In this document: piece after piece, positions 20,861 to 29,776 of the stretch | Position numbering within the stretch: the stretch's first letter is position 1 | Layout: every line of letters begins with the position of its first letter | Position numbers and translations under genes: made by a program | NCBI GenBank assembly: GCA_017528085.1 | Contig: JAFXPH010000002.1 | Coordinates: forward strand, 343,898-407,897 | Length of the DNA: 64,000 nt | Source of the DNA: Clostridia bacterium | Lineage (GTDB): Bacteria > Bacillota > Clostridia > TANB77 > CAG-508 | Reading direction: 5' to 3' | The notes under the pieces: generated by a model | Told to the model about the DNA's origin: nothing | Databases searched by the model: none | What the model saw: only the letters and a program-made list of their open reading frames with translations

Positions 20861-21433
20861 TTAAGCATTTTTTTGTTCTTTTTCTCTTCTGTCTTCATGC
20901 TCGATTATTTTCTCAATAATATCTACTGTTTTTTCAAGATCATCATTTTTAAGAACATAATCATATAGCCATATCTTAGACTCTTCATAATCGAATCTAC
21001 TTAATCTTAATTCGATTTCTTCTTCAGATGGTTTATCTTCTCTATTTTCTAGTCTTCTTCTAAGCTCATCTTTAGGTACTCTTAAGAAAATTGTTACTAT
21101 CTTACAATCTAAAGCTTTCTTTAAGTTTTCTGTTCCATTAACATCGATATCTTTTATGATAATTCCTTCTTTAGATCTTTCATCTAAAATCTTTTTACTA
21201 GTTCCATAGTAATTATTATGATGAATATCATATTCATAGATTTCTTCGTTTTTGATTTTTTCTTCAAACTCTTCTTTGCTAATAAAAATATAAGTCTCTC
21301 CAGGAATATCTCCTTCTCTTGGTTCACGTGTTGTAAGAGATGGTAGAGATTTTACTCCTGACATTCTTTTAATAATCTCTTTCTTAACAGTATCTTTTCC
21401 AGCTCCTGATACACCAGATAGAATAACTAACAT
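20861..21433 (-). CDS. gmk: guanylate kinase-like protein
   Basis: TTREPREGDIPGETYIF and YYGTS motifs. The P-loop is divergent (SGVSGAGKDT). Confidence 0.65.
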   Translation of the reverse strand: MLVILSGVSGAGKDTVKKEIIKRMSGVKSLPSLTTREPREGDIPGETYIFISKEEFEEKIKNEEIYEYDIHHNNYYGTSKKILDERSKEGIIIKDIDVNGTENLKKALDCKIVTIFLRVPKDELRRRLENREDKPSEEEIELRLSRFDYEESKIWLYDYVLKNDDLEKTVDIIEKIIEHEDRREKEQKNA

Positions 21434-21461
21434 AATTATCTCCTTAAACTTCTAAAAAATA

Positions 21462-21737
21462 TTATTTTGATTTTTTTCTTGTTTTCTTAGCTGTATCTTC
21501 TTCCTTAGCTACTTCTTCTAATTTAGGCTCTTCAATTAACTCTTCTTTATTTGTTTGATAAACATCTTCTTCGAAGATTTCATCTACAGCTGTAGATACA
21601 GAAGTTGGTTCTTCTTTATCTGTTAATTTTGGAGCTCCTTCTGCTAATTGTCTTGCTCTTTTAGATGTCATTATAATTAATGAATATCTATTATCAACTT
21701 TCTTTAGTAATTCTGTGATTGGTGGTTCTACTAACAT
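21462..21737 (-). CDS. rpoZ: DNA-directed RNA polymerase subunit omega
   Basis: N-terminus ...LLKKVDNRYSLIIMTSKRARQL typical of RpoZ. Confidence 0.8.
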   Translation of the reverse strand: MLVEPPITELLKKVDNRYSLIIMTSKRARQLAEGAPKLTDKEEPTSVSTAVDEIFEEDVYQTNKEELIEEPKLEEVAKEEDTAKKTRKKSK

Positions 21738-21773
21738 TTATTTTCCTCCTATAAATTATTTATATTTTAAAAA

Positions 21774-22031
21774 TTAGTCTTCGTCGTCTTCTTCATCATC
21801 GTCATCAACCCTAGCTGCTACTGTTTCTGGTTGAACAGCAGATAAAATAACGTGACCTGAATCCATTATAATTACAGATCTTGTTCTTCTTCCGTATGTT
21901 GCATCAATAGCCATCTTTGAATCTTTGGCTTCTTGAACAATTCTTTTTATTGGTGCAGATTCAGGACTTACTATTGATATAATCCTATCTACTGAAACAA
22001 TATTTCCAAAACCAATATTAACTAATTTCAT
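21774..22031 (-). CDS. remA: RemA/DUF370-family regulator
   Basis: Near-identical core to Bacillus RemA ([48 protein letters not shown]), plus a poly-D/E tail. Confidence 0.85.
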   Translation of the reverse strand: MKLVNIGFGNIVSVDRIISIVSPESAPIKRIVQEAKDSKMAIDATYGRRTRSVIIMDSGHVILSAVQPETVAARVDDDDEEDDED

Positions 22032-22050
22032 AATAATTCATTCCTTTCTT

Positions 22051-22929
22051 TTATTCAATATTTTGAATTTGTTCTCTTATGTCTTCAACTATTGTTTTTA
22101 TATCTATAACTCTATTAGTTATATCAATACTATTAGCTTTTGAGCCAATTGTATTTGTTTCCCTGTTTATTTCTTGAACAATGAAGTCCATTTTCTTTCC
22201 AATTGGAGATTCATCACCATTAAGTAGTGCCTTTATTTGAGATATATGGCTATCTAATCTTGTAAGTTCTTCTTCAATTGATGACTTATCTGAAAAGATA
22301 ACAATCTCTTGAGCTAACCTTTGCTCATCAACTACTTTATCTTTCATAAGTTCATTAATTCTTGTCTCTAATCTTTCAATATAATCTTGAACAAGTGTAG
22401 AAGAATAATTCTTAATCTCATTTACTTTTGTTTCAACTTGGGCAATTCTAGCTTTAATATCTTGAGCTAGTTTCTCGCCTTCAGTTGATCTCATATCTAC
22501 GAAATTAACTAAAGCTTCATCTAAAGCTACTAGTAATTCTTTTGATATTAGTTCTTCTATATCTTCATCTTCTAATTTTACTATATCTGGGAATTTTGCT
22601 ATATCTATTAAATCGATTTTGTATTCAACACCAGTTTCTTCAGCTAATTTTTTTAGCCCTTCGATATAGTTTTTTGCTAAAGCATTATTGAACCTAATGT
22701 TAACACCTTGTTCACTAAAGTTTTCAAAACCAATAAATATATCAATCTTTCCTCTTGAAATAACATCGCTTACTCTTTTTCTAATAGTTTCTTCTAATAC
22801 ATTAAAATACTTTGGCATCTTAATAGATACATCAGAGTATTTATGATTAACAGATTTTATTTCTACTGTATATATTCTTCCTTCGTTTTCGAATTTGCCT
22901 CTTCCAAAGCCTGTCATACTTTTAATCAT
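22051..22929 (-). CDS. YicC/YloC-family stress-induced endoribonuclease
   Basis: YicC N-terminal and C-terminal domains (MIKSMTGFGRG...). Confidence 0.85.
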   Translation of the reverse strand: MIKSMTGFGRGKFENEGRIYTVEIKSVNHKYSDVSIKMPKYFNVLEETIRKRVSDVISRGKIDIFIGFENFSEQGVNIRFNNALAKNYIEGLKKLAEETGVEYKIDLIDIAKFPDIVKLEDEDIEELISKELLVALDEALVNFVDMRSTEGEKLAQDIKARIAQVETKVNEIKNYSSTLVQDYIERLETRINELMKDKVVDEQRLAQEIVIFSDKSSIEEELTRLDSHISQIKALLNGDESPIGKKMDFIVQEINRETNTIGSKANSIDITNRVIDIKTIVEDIREQIQNIE

Positions 22930-23593
22930 CTATATTTACCTCTTCGTCAGTTTTATTTTCTTCTTCTTTCTTTTTAGCTTCTTCTTTCTTTTTAGCTTCT
23001 TCTTTTTTCTTCTTTTTGATTTCTTTAATCATTGCTTCTTCTTTTTTTCTTTTCTCGATTAATTTGCTACTATCTTCATCATCTAAGTAGCCACCATCAT
23101 ATTCATTATCATTAAGAAGATCTTTAACATCACTTATATTTTCCATCTCATATTTCTTTGTTTTTACTAAAAACATAACAGTTGTTTTTATAACATAATA
23201 AAGTGCAAAGAAAAGTGGTAAAAGCATAACAAGCTTTCTTGCAACCACTGTTCCAAATAAATATATGTATGGAATATATGCAGTAATAATTGTTGCTGCA
23301 AGTGATTCTAGTGCTAATATACAAACTACTTTATTTGATTTTCTGTATGAATACTCAAATAAGAAAACTGTAATTACAGCACCAATCATTGAGAAGTATT
23401 TTAAGTTATCCAAAAACTCTTTATTACTACTCATAAGATAAGCATAATTAATAACAACAAAGTAAAACATAATTGTTATTGCTTTTAAGTTATTAATGAA
23501 AGATACTTCATCCAAGTAATCTTTAAGTTCTTTTGGTATTATCTTACTTTTCTTTAATTCTTCTTCAATTACTTTTTCAGATTCGTTCATCAT
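22922..23593 (-). CDS. hypothetical membrane protein with a K/E-rich C-terminus
   Basis: Four predicted TM helices. Start probably at MMNESEK, behind the RBS AAGGAGA. Confidence 0.45.
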   Translation of the reverse strand: MMNESEKVIEEELKKSKIIPKELKDYLDEVSFINNLKAITIMFYFVVINYAYLMSSNKEFLDNLKYFSMIGAVITVFLFEYSYRKSNKVVCILALESLAATIITAYIPYIYLFGTVVARKLVMLLPLFFALYYVIKTTVMFLVKTKKYEMENISDVKDLLNDNEYDGGYLDDEDSSKLIEKRKKEEAMIKEIKKKKKEEAKKKEEAKKKEEENKTDEEVNIDD

Positions 23594-23609
23594 TTGTCTC
23601 CTTAAAAAA

Positions 23610-24356
23610 CTACATTTCAAGTTCGTACATTATAATAGATGCAACTGAAAGGGCAACTGTTTCTGTTCTTAGAATTCTGTTTCCAAGTGTTACTACTTTA
23701 GCTCCGCTTTGCTTTAATGCTTCAACTTCGCTTTCTGCTAATCCTCCTTCAGGTCCAATTAGTACTGCAACCTTATATGTTTGTTTTTTAGTTTTGATTG
23801 TGACTAATTCATTTTTTATAGTGTTTTCTTTTTCATTTTCAAAACATACTATAAATAAATCATAATCACTTATAACATTTTGAACATCCTTTATATCATA
23901 TACATGTGATACTTCTGGAACAATATCTCTACCTGATTGTTTAGATGCAACTTCTGAGATTTTATTCCATCTGTCAATTTTTTTTAATTCATCTTTTTGA
24001 TCTAATTTTACTATACATCTTTCCATCTTAACTGGTATAAACTTATTTACACCAAGTTCTGTTCCTTTTTGAATAACAAGTTCCATCTTGTCTGCTTTAG
24101 GAAGTCCTTGATATATATCTAAAGTCACATTAGATTCACTTGTTGCTTCTGCTTCTTCTATAATCTTACAATTAACTTCTTCAGAAGAAACCTCTGTAAT
24201 CTCAGATATATAGTTTTTCTTTAGATCTTTATCACATACTAAGATTTTTGTTCCAACTTCTAATCTTAGTACATTTTTAATATGATTTACATCTGTACCT
24301 TTGATACAAATGTTGTCACCTTCTATTTGATTATTTAAAACAAAAAATTTTCTCAA
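23610..24356 (-). CDS. rsmE: 16S rRNA (uracil1498-N3)-methyltransferase
   Basis: PUA-like N-terminus and a SPOUT C-terminus (LIGPEGG). Confidence 0.85.
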   Translation of the reverse strand: MRKFFVLNNQIEGDNICIKGTDVNHIKNVLRLEVGTKILVCDKDLKKNYISEITEVSSEEVNCKIIEEAEATSESNVTLDIYQGLPKADKMELVIQKGTELGVNKFIPVKMERCIVKLDQKDELKKIDRWNKISEVASKQSGRDIVPEVSHVYDIKDVQNVISDYDLFIVCFENEKENTIKNELVTIKTKKQTYKVAVLIGPEGGLAESEVEALKQSGAKVVTLGNRILRTETVALSVASIIMYELEM

Positions 24357-24454
24357 ATCTTTTACCTCAAAACCTACTCACATGTTTAGATATTATATCA
24401 TAGATATTGTAAGATTTAAAGAGATTTTTAAAGATTTGTCGAGATTTTTAGAGT

Positions 24455-24877
24455 TTAGCCATGTAATTCATCATCATCTAATTCGTCGTCAGTTGATAAT
24501 ATTTCTCTAGTTGATACTCTCTTTTCATCTCTACATTTTTCAACTGTTTCAGAGATTAAGTTTTTAACTTTCTCAGAATTTTTAACATCTTTAATATCAA
24601 ATTCTGGTGTAGTTTTATCCCCAGAACAAATGTGGATAGTTCCAACCTTAAAAATTCTTTGAAGAAGTGATCTATAAAGTGTAACGTCTGTTATTCTATA
24701 TAGTTTTATTTCTTCTTCTTTAATAGCTAAAAACCCTGTTTTTACTTCAATCTTATCTGGTTTTAATCTATATGTTGTAAATGAAAGTGGAAGCCCAAAT
24801 ATTGGTCTTTTTTTATCTTTCCACAAATATTCAATTTCCACAGAATCTTTTGTCTCTACTTTTTCTTCATTTTCCAT
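24455..24877 (-). CDS. bacterial PH-domain (YdbS/YdbT-like) protein
   Basis: About 120-aa bPH-like core with an acidic tail. Confidence 0.55.
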   Translation of the reverse strand: MENEEKVETKDSVEIEYLWKDKKRPIFGLPLSFTTYRLKPDKIEVKTGFLAIKEEEIKLYRITDVTLYRSLLQRIFKVGTIHICSGDKTTPEFDIKDVKNSEKVKNLISETVEKCRDEKRVSTREILSTDDELDDDELHG

Positions 24878-24941
24878 TTTAGGTTCTCTCCTAACATATT
24901 TTTACGTAAATATTATATCTTTTTTCTATGTTAATATCAAC

Positions 24942-24980
24942 AAAAAAGAAGAAGGTTCACACAAATTTGTGTGAGCCTTC
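24942..24980 (-). terminator. rho-independent terminator for the ABC exporter gene
   Basis: A 15-bp stem (GAAGGTTCACACAAA/TTTGTGTGAGCCTTC) followed by a T-run on the minus strand. Confidence 0.55.
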
Positions 24981-25012
24981 CTCTGTTTCCATTGAATGGT
25001 TTTGATTGTTTC

Positions 25013-26785
25013 TTACTTAGCAACGATGAAAGATTTATTAAGTTCCGTACGGAAGCAAATCTCCCTGTTGCAGAATGGCTTGCACTGGTTTACCTGATGA
25101 GTCGCGAGAATTACAATCCTCGGGTCCCTCATAATGTAACCAATCACAAACTCAGCACACTTCACAGTGGTTTCATCATCCAAACGGTTGAAAGGCTCAT
25201 CGAGAGCTACCATCTGGATTGAATCATCCAACTGATAAAGAAGCTTCGCCAAGGCTAACCTTTGCATCTGTCCAGAAGAGAACTCACGTACTCTCTTAGC
25301 TCTGATGAAAGATATAACCTTCTCTTCGTCGCTCGCGTTCTCTATTTCGAACTCAGTACCCTTAATCATCGTCAAGATTTCATCATAGAGACAAAGCCCT
25401 TTTAAAATCTCGAGAATCTTAAAGATATCGATGCTATCCCCATCATTTAGACTAATTTCATTGATGACAAAATTGTTTGCCATAGCTCTATCAGTCTGGT
25501 ATGTGAGAGAATTTAAATACCCTGAGTCTCCATTGGAAAACTGAATAGGACTATTTTCTGGGAAAAGCCCCCCAGTAAGTGTGGTTAGAAGTGTCGACTT
25601 ACCGCATCCTGTTTGGCCATGCACTAAGTACACGTCGCCTCTTTTTAATGTAATCATTTCAGTATTCTCAAGCACGAATCTCCATCTAGGATCGAGAGAT
25701 GCTTTGAACGCTTTAACGACCACACTATCAATTTTTTCGGATACGACTTTCTTCCTCTGCTCTTCTTGATAAACGGCATTGTATTCCTTAAACTCAGGAT
25801 ACAAAGTATCTATATCAACAACAATGTTCATAAGATCTTCGTAGTGACCTGTGATAGAAGAAATTCTGCCAAGGATAGAAGAGTAAATTGAAGATAATGC
25901 TACGATGTCGATAAATGCCATCATGTTCAACTCACCACCGAGGATAAGTTTAACAAATATGATAGACATCATGATCATCGTTGCAACTACACTTCGTTTG
26001 ATGAATACCTTGTTGATCTTGAAATGTTCATCTTTTTCCACGTTAATTCTGTCTTCTAGAACACTCCTGAGTTTCTCAGCATGGTAGTCAAGGTCTTTTC
26101 TAGACATAAAGCCTAAGGTTTTAAGATCAGTGTAAAGAACTTCCACTTTGGATTCATTCTCTTTTCTGACTTTTCTAAACTTTTTCCAAACCCTGATTTT
26201 CCTTTTGCTAAAGACAAAGTAGAGTGCTACTGCGATTAACAAAATAATGGTGGTGATGATGGTTTCTTCTTTCGAAGCTGTCTTGCTCTGAAGCACCGTG
26301 GATAGAACTATACTGAAAACCAAACTAAGAATCTGCACAATAAATGTGGGAATCCTGAGAATGAATCTCCAGCAGTCCGAAAGATAGTCTTTGGACTTTT
26401 GAATAAGCTCTGGTGTTTCAACAACTACTAACCCATTGCTAGTCTTCTTGTGAACTTTGCCTTTGACGGTACCTGTAAGGTCCAAAATCACTTCTGTCGA
26501 TGCCGCAGTCTGTACTCTAGTGTACGTGTCACCGATGAGTTCCATGAACGTAGTGTACGTTGTCATTAATGTTCTCTCGCTGAAGTACAACAAAAGTAAA
26601 ATAACTGTAATGGCAATCTTACCATCATTTAAGGTAAGTTCAGCGCCTTTGAGTGCGAATGCCAACAAATCAGGAATAATTATTCCCAAAATGCTGATCA
26701 TCACAAGTCTGTTTGCAAATTTTCTAACTTCGTCTGGCCTTTTGACCAAATCAAACGAAAGCTGTTCCATCACTTTTCTAAGCAT
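25013..26785 (-). CDS. fused ABC transporter permease/ATP-binding protein (exporter type)
   Basis: N-terminal TM domain. Walker A is GQTGCGKST, the signature is FSSGQMQRLALAK and Walker B is MVALDEPFNRLDDE. Confidence 0.85.
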   Translation of the reverse strand: MLRKVMEQLSFDLVKRPDEVRKFANRLVMISILGIIIPDLLAFALKGAELTLNDGKIAITVILLLLYFSERTLMTTYTTFMELIGDTYTRVQTAASTEVILDLTGTVKGKVHKKTSNGLVVVETPELIQKSKDYLSDCWRFILRIPTFIVQILSLVFSIVLSTVLQSKTASKEETIITTIILLIAVALYFVFSKRKIRVWKKFRKVRKENESKVEVLYTDLKTLGFMSRKDLDYHAEKLRSVLEDRINVEKDEHFKINKVFIKRSVVATMIMMSIIFVKLILGGELNMMAFIDIVALSSIYSSILGRISSITGHYEDLMNIVVDIDTLYPEFKEYNAVYQEEQRKKVVSEKIDSVVVKAFKASLDPRWRFVLENTEMITLKRGDVYLVHGQTGCGKSTLLTTLTGGLFPENSPIQFSNGDSGYLNSLTYQTDRAMANNFVINEISLNDGDSIDIFKILEILKGLCLYDEILTMIKGTEFEIENASDEEKVISFIRAKRVREFSSGQMQRLALAKLLYQLDDSIQMVALDEPFNRLDDETTVKCAEFVIGYIMRDPRIVILATHQVNQCKPFCNREICFRTELNKSFIVAK

Positions 26786-26968
26786 AATATTCCTCCTTTA
26801 GTATAAATATTGCCGTGATGATTGTGTTACAGTTTGAAGAAACGATACCTCCTTTCAAAAAATTGGCTTAAAAGCGAGTGCTTTTAAATTTGAGACATAA
26901 AACCTATATAGTTAACATAATTATACCACAATATAGCTTGAAATTCAATAAAATCAGTATTTTGGAGC

Positions 26969-26999
26969 ATAAAAAAAAGAAGCTCTATATGAACTTCTT
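26969..26999 (-). terminator. weak hairpin plus T-run downstream of tRNA-Asn
   Basis: AAGAAG..CTTCTT stem followed by T8 on the minus strand. Confidence 0.35.
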
Positions 27000-27001
27000 T
27001 T

Positions 27002-27077
27002 TGGCTCCTCGTGTTGGGCTCGAACCAACGACCTATCGGTTAACAGCCGAGCGCTCTACCAGCTGAGCTAACGAGGA
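27002..27077 (-). tRNA. tRNA-Asn (anticodon GTT)
   Basis: Reverse complement reads TCCTCGTTAGCTCAGCTGGTAGAGC...CTGTTAA...GGTTCGAGCCCAACACGAGGAGCCA. The acceptor, D-arm and T-arm pair properly, and the anticodon loop CTGTTAA gives GTT. Confidence 0.85.
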
Positions 27078-27140
27078 ATATTCTTTTTGCAAATTGATTA
27101 TATACTATAATTATATTTAATTGCAAGTATTTTTTTAAGT

Positions 27141-27172
27141 TAAATAAAAAAAGTAGCTTAAAAGCTACTTTT
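27141..27172 (-). terminator. rho-independent terminator overlapping the folA stop codon
   Basis: AGTAGCTT..AAGCTACT stem with a T-run following on the minus strand. Confidence 0.5.
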
Positions 27173-27653
27173 CTTTTCTTTCATAAATAACATAGTCATA
27201 TCTAAAATCATTTTCATCTTGTGGTGCATGTTCTCTACTTACTTCTTTCCATTCATCTTTTGATATTTCTGGGAAGTAAGAATCTCCATCAAAGTCTTTA
27301 TCTATTTCTGTTATATATAATCTATCAGCCTTTGGCATTAGAAGCTTATATATCATTGCTCCACCTATTACAAAGTTTTCTTCATCTTTGTTTATATACT
27401 CATCTAGCTTTTCGATATCGTCAACTATTACAACATTTTCATCATCACAATCAATATCTGTTAAGCTTAATACAACATGTTTTCTATTTGGAAGTACTCT
27501 TCCAAGTGATAAAAATGTATTTCTTCCCATTATTACTGTATGACCTGTTGTTATTTTTTTAAATCTTTTTAAGTCAGCAGGTATATTCCATATTAACTTG
27601 TTATCTTTTCCTATTACATAATTTTTTGCAACTGCAACTATTATACTTAGCAT
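27165..27653 (-). CDS. folA: dihydrofolate reductase
   Basis: MLSIIVAVAKNYVIGKDNKLIW..GHTVIMGRNTF core. Start set at the ATG after the RBS GGGAGGG; the ORF track start at 27677 overlaps thyA. Confidence 0.9.
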   Translation of the reverse strand: MLSIIVAVAKNYVIGKDNKLIWNIPADLKRFKKITTGHTVIMGRNTFLSLGRVLPNRKHVVLSLTDIDCDDENVVIVDDIEKLDEYINKDEENFVIGGAMIYKLLMPKADRLYITEIDKDFDGDSYFPEISKDEWKEVSREHAPQDENDFRYDYVIYERKEK

Positions 27654-27666
27654 TGGCATCCCTCCC

Positions 27667-28524
27667 TTAGTTAGCAACAGGTATTTTACCTAATTTAATA
27701 TCTTTATTATAATCATATCCTTCAACAACAAAATCTTCTACTTTGAAATCATAGAAATTCTTAGTAGGATTATTAATTACTAGTTTTGGATGACAATCAA
27801 CAGGTTCTGCTTCTATTAATTGTTTTACTAGTGGTATATGTCTATCGTATATATGACAATCGCCGATATTATGTGTTAATGTTCCTGGTTTTAATCCACA
27901 TACTTGTGCAAACATATAGCAAAGTGCAGCATATTGCATTGTATTCCATCCATTTGCTGCAAGCATATCTTGAGATCTTTGATTTAATATTAAATGAAGT
28001 TTTCCTTCTTTTACAAGCCATTGTGTACCAAATGCACATGGTTCAAGATTCATATCTTTAAGTTCATCATGAGCAAATAAATTAGTCATTATTCTACGAC
28101 TTGCTGGATCATTTTGAAGTAGATATAAAACAAAATCTACTTGGTCCATACTCTTAATTCCCTCTTTTGTTTTGAAATCATATTTTCTAGAGAATTGGTA
28201 TCCATATGCTTTACCTATAGTTCCATCTTCCCCTGCCCATTGATCCCAAATGTGAGAATTTAAATCAGCTACTTTATTTGATTTCTTTTGCCATATCCAT
28301 AGTAGTTCATCAATTGATCTATAAACTGTCTTAGATTGGTTTCTTAAAGTAATCATAGGGAATTCTTTTTCTAAGTCGTATTTATTACTTACACCAACAA
28401 TAGAATAATAATTGGCTTCTGAGCCATCTTCCCATCTTGTTCTTACTCCAGTCCCTTCTGAAGAATATCCATGATCAATAATCTCTTTACATGTTTCAAT
28501 AAAATTCTTATCTGCTTCTGTCAT
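27667..28524 (-). CDS. thyA: thymidylate synthase
   Basis: ThyA active-site region (..LEPCAFGTQW.., nucleophile Cys). Resembles the B. subtilis ThyA-type. Confidence 0.95.
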   Translation of the reverse strand: MTEADKNFIETCKEIIDHGYSSEGTGVRTRWEDGSEANYYSIVGVSNKYDLEKEFPMITLRNQSKTVYRSIDELLWIWQKKSNKVADLNSHIWDQWAGEDGTIGKAYGYQFSRKYDFKTKEGIKSMDQVDFVLYLLQNDPASRRIMTNLFAHDELKDMNLEPCAFGTQWLVKEGKLHLILNQRSQDMLAANGWNTMQYAALCYMFAQVCGLKPGTLTHNIGDCHIYDRHIPLVKQLIEAEPVDCHPKLVINNPTKNFYDFKVEDFVVEGYDYNKDIKLGKIPVAN

Positions 28525-28643
28525 ATTAATCTCCTTTATCTTAAATTACCATTTTACTTATATCATATTTTAATTTTTCATTCAACAAAATTAGGCACAA
28601 AAAAAGATGTAATTCTTGTGAACTACATCTTCTTATTTCTATA

Positions 28644-29591
28644 TTAATAATTTTGTCCTCTTCCTTCTGGTAATGCAGGATATTCAAGAACAACTCTAAT
28701 TGCAAAGATGTATTTAACAGCTCTAACAAGTTTACTGCTTTTAATTCTTTGCCAGAATGATGGTCTTGCTTCAAATCTTGTATCCTCAAAGAATGGTTCT
28801 TGAGCTGGAGCAGCTGTTGCAGCTTCAACTGGAGCAGCCTCTACTGGAGCTTCAGGAACTGTTGCTATCTCTGGATTGATTGGAGCAGCTTGCACTGGAG
28901 CAGCTTCAACAACATTTGAAACAATATTTGTTTCTTCAACTTCCTCATATTCTTCAACTGGAGCTGGGATATATTTCAATGCTTCAGCTATTTCAATTCC
29001 GATATAGCTTAATGCTTTTGATCTATCTTCAATTCTCTCCATATCTATTTCAATATATAAGTTTGACTCTAAGTTATTAACTTTAGCTTCAATTAATTTC
29101 TCTGCTGCATCATATTCTTCTGATGTTTTGTCTTTGCATTCGCCAATTACTTTTAAAGCTTCAGCTACGTCAGCTGGATATTTTTGTTCAACTTTTTTAA
29201 CAATCTCTTTCCAGTTTTTAGCTCTTGCTTTAACAGCATTTGAAGCATCTCTTAATACACTACCTAATTTGATATTTCTTTCTCTTTGTCTAATTAAATC
29301 TTCGATTCTTTTTGTGTTTTCCTCAAATTGATTAGTTGCATATTCAACTAAATCATAAGCAGCTTTGTAAACACCTGATGGAAAATTCTTTTTCTTAGGA
29401 TATTCTATCAAGTATGTTTTAACAGACTCTACCAAATCTTTAAAATATGAATCATCGTCTAATTGAACTATTTGTTTCTTGCTGTTTGGATTTATTAACT
29501 TTTGAATCTTGTCTATGTTAGACAAAATCTTCTCTTCCGTGATTACCATTTTCACGTTTACTATGCCTGATTTATGAAAAAATAGTGACAT
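28644..29591 (-). CDS. hypothetical protein with a C-terminal Ala/Pro/Val/Glu repeat region and an amphipathic tail
   Basis: RBS AGGAGG and (EAAPV)-like repeats. No known motifs. Confidence 0.45.
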   Translation of the reverse strand: MSLFFHKSGIVNVKMVITEEKILSNIDKIQKLINPNSKKQIVQLDDDSYFKDLVESVKTYLIEYPKKKNFPSGVYKAAYDLVEYATNQFEENTKRIEDLIRQRERNIKLGSVLRDASNAVKARAKNWKEIVKKVEQKYPADVAEALKVIGECKDKTSEEYDAAEKLIEAKVNNLESNLYIEIDMERIEDRSKALSYIGIEIAEALKYIPAPVEEYEEVEETNIVSNVVEAAPVQAAPINPEIATVPEAPVEAAPVEAATAAPAQEPFFEDTRFEARPSFWQRIKSSKLVRAVKYIFAIRVVLEYPALPEGRGQNY

Positions 29592-29730
29592 GTAAACTTA
29601 CCTCCTTCGTATTTCCTAAATAATACTATAGTAATTATATCTAGTTTCTAAAAAAAAAACAAGTGAAATCTAGCTTTTTTTGATTACATTTTTGTAACAT
29701 TTTTTACATATTTATCAATACTTTGCCAGA

Positions 29731-29772
29731 AAGTAAAAAATATATTTCGGCAACAAAAAATTGTTACCGAAA
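29731..29772 (-). terminator. rho-independent terminator after the acyl-CoA ligase gene
   Basis: TTTCGGCAAC..GTTACCGAAA stem (one mismatch) followed by a T-rich run on the minus strand. Confidence 0.5.
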
Positions 29773-29776
29773 TGTC

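Larger units (their letters stand above)
24942..26900. other. GC-anomalous (roughly 40-45% GC) segment carrying a single ABC exporter gene, directly downstream of the tRNA-Asn 3' end; putative horizontally acquired islet
   Basis: Composition shift visible by eye relative to the under-30% GC flanks. The tRNA 3' end is adjacent. No integrase or direct repeat was found. Confidence 0.5.

Noticed and set aside
24971-25222. 83-aa plus-strand ORF and other short plus ORFs inside the ABC exporter gene
   Set aside because: They are antisense to a well-supported CDS with clear ABC motifs.
26878-27066. 62-aa plus-strand ORF
   Set aside because: It overlaps tRNA-Asn and its promoter and is spurious.
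24880-27080. Direct repeat of the tRNA-Asn 3' end marking an att site
   Set aside because: A search by eye found none, and no integrase is present, so no mobile-element boundary is asserted.
28541-28828. 95-aa minus-strand ORF overlapping the 315-aa gene
   Set aside because: It is an alternate frame of the longer, RBS-supported ORF.
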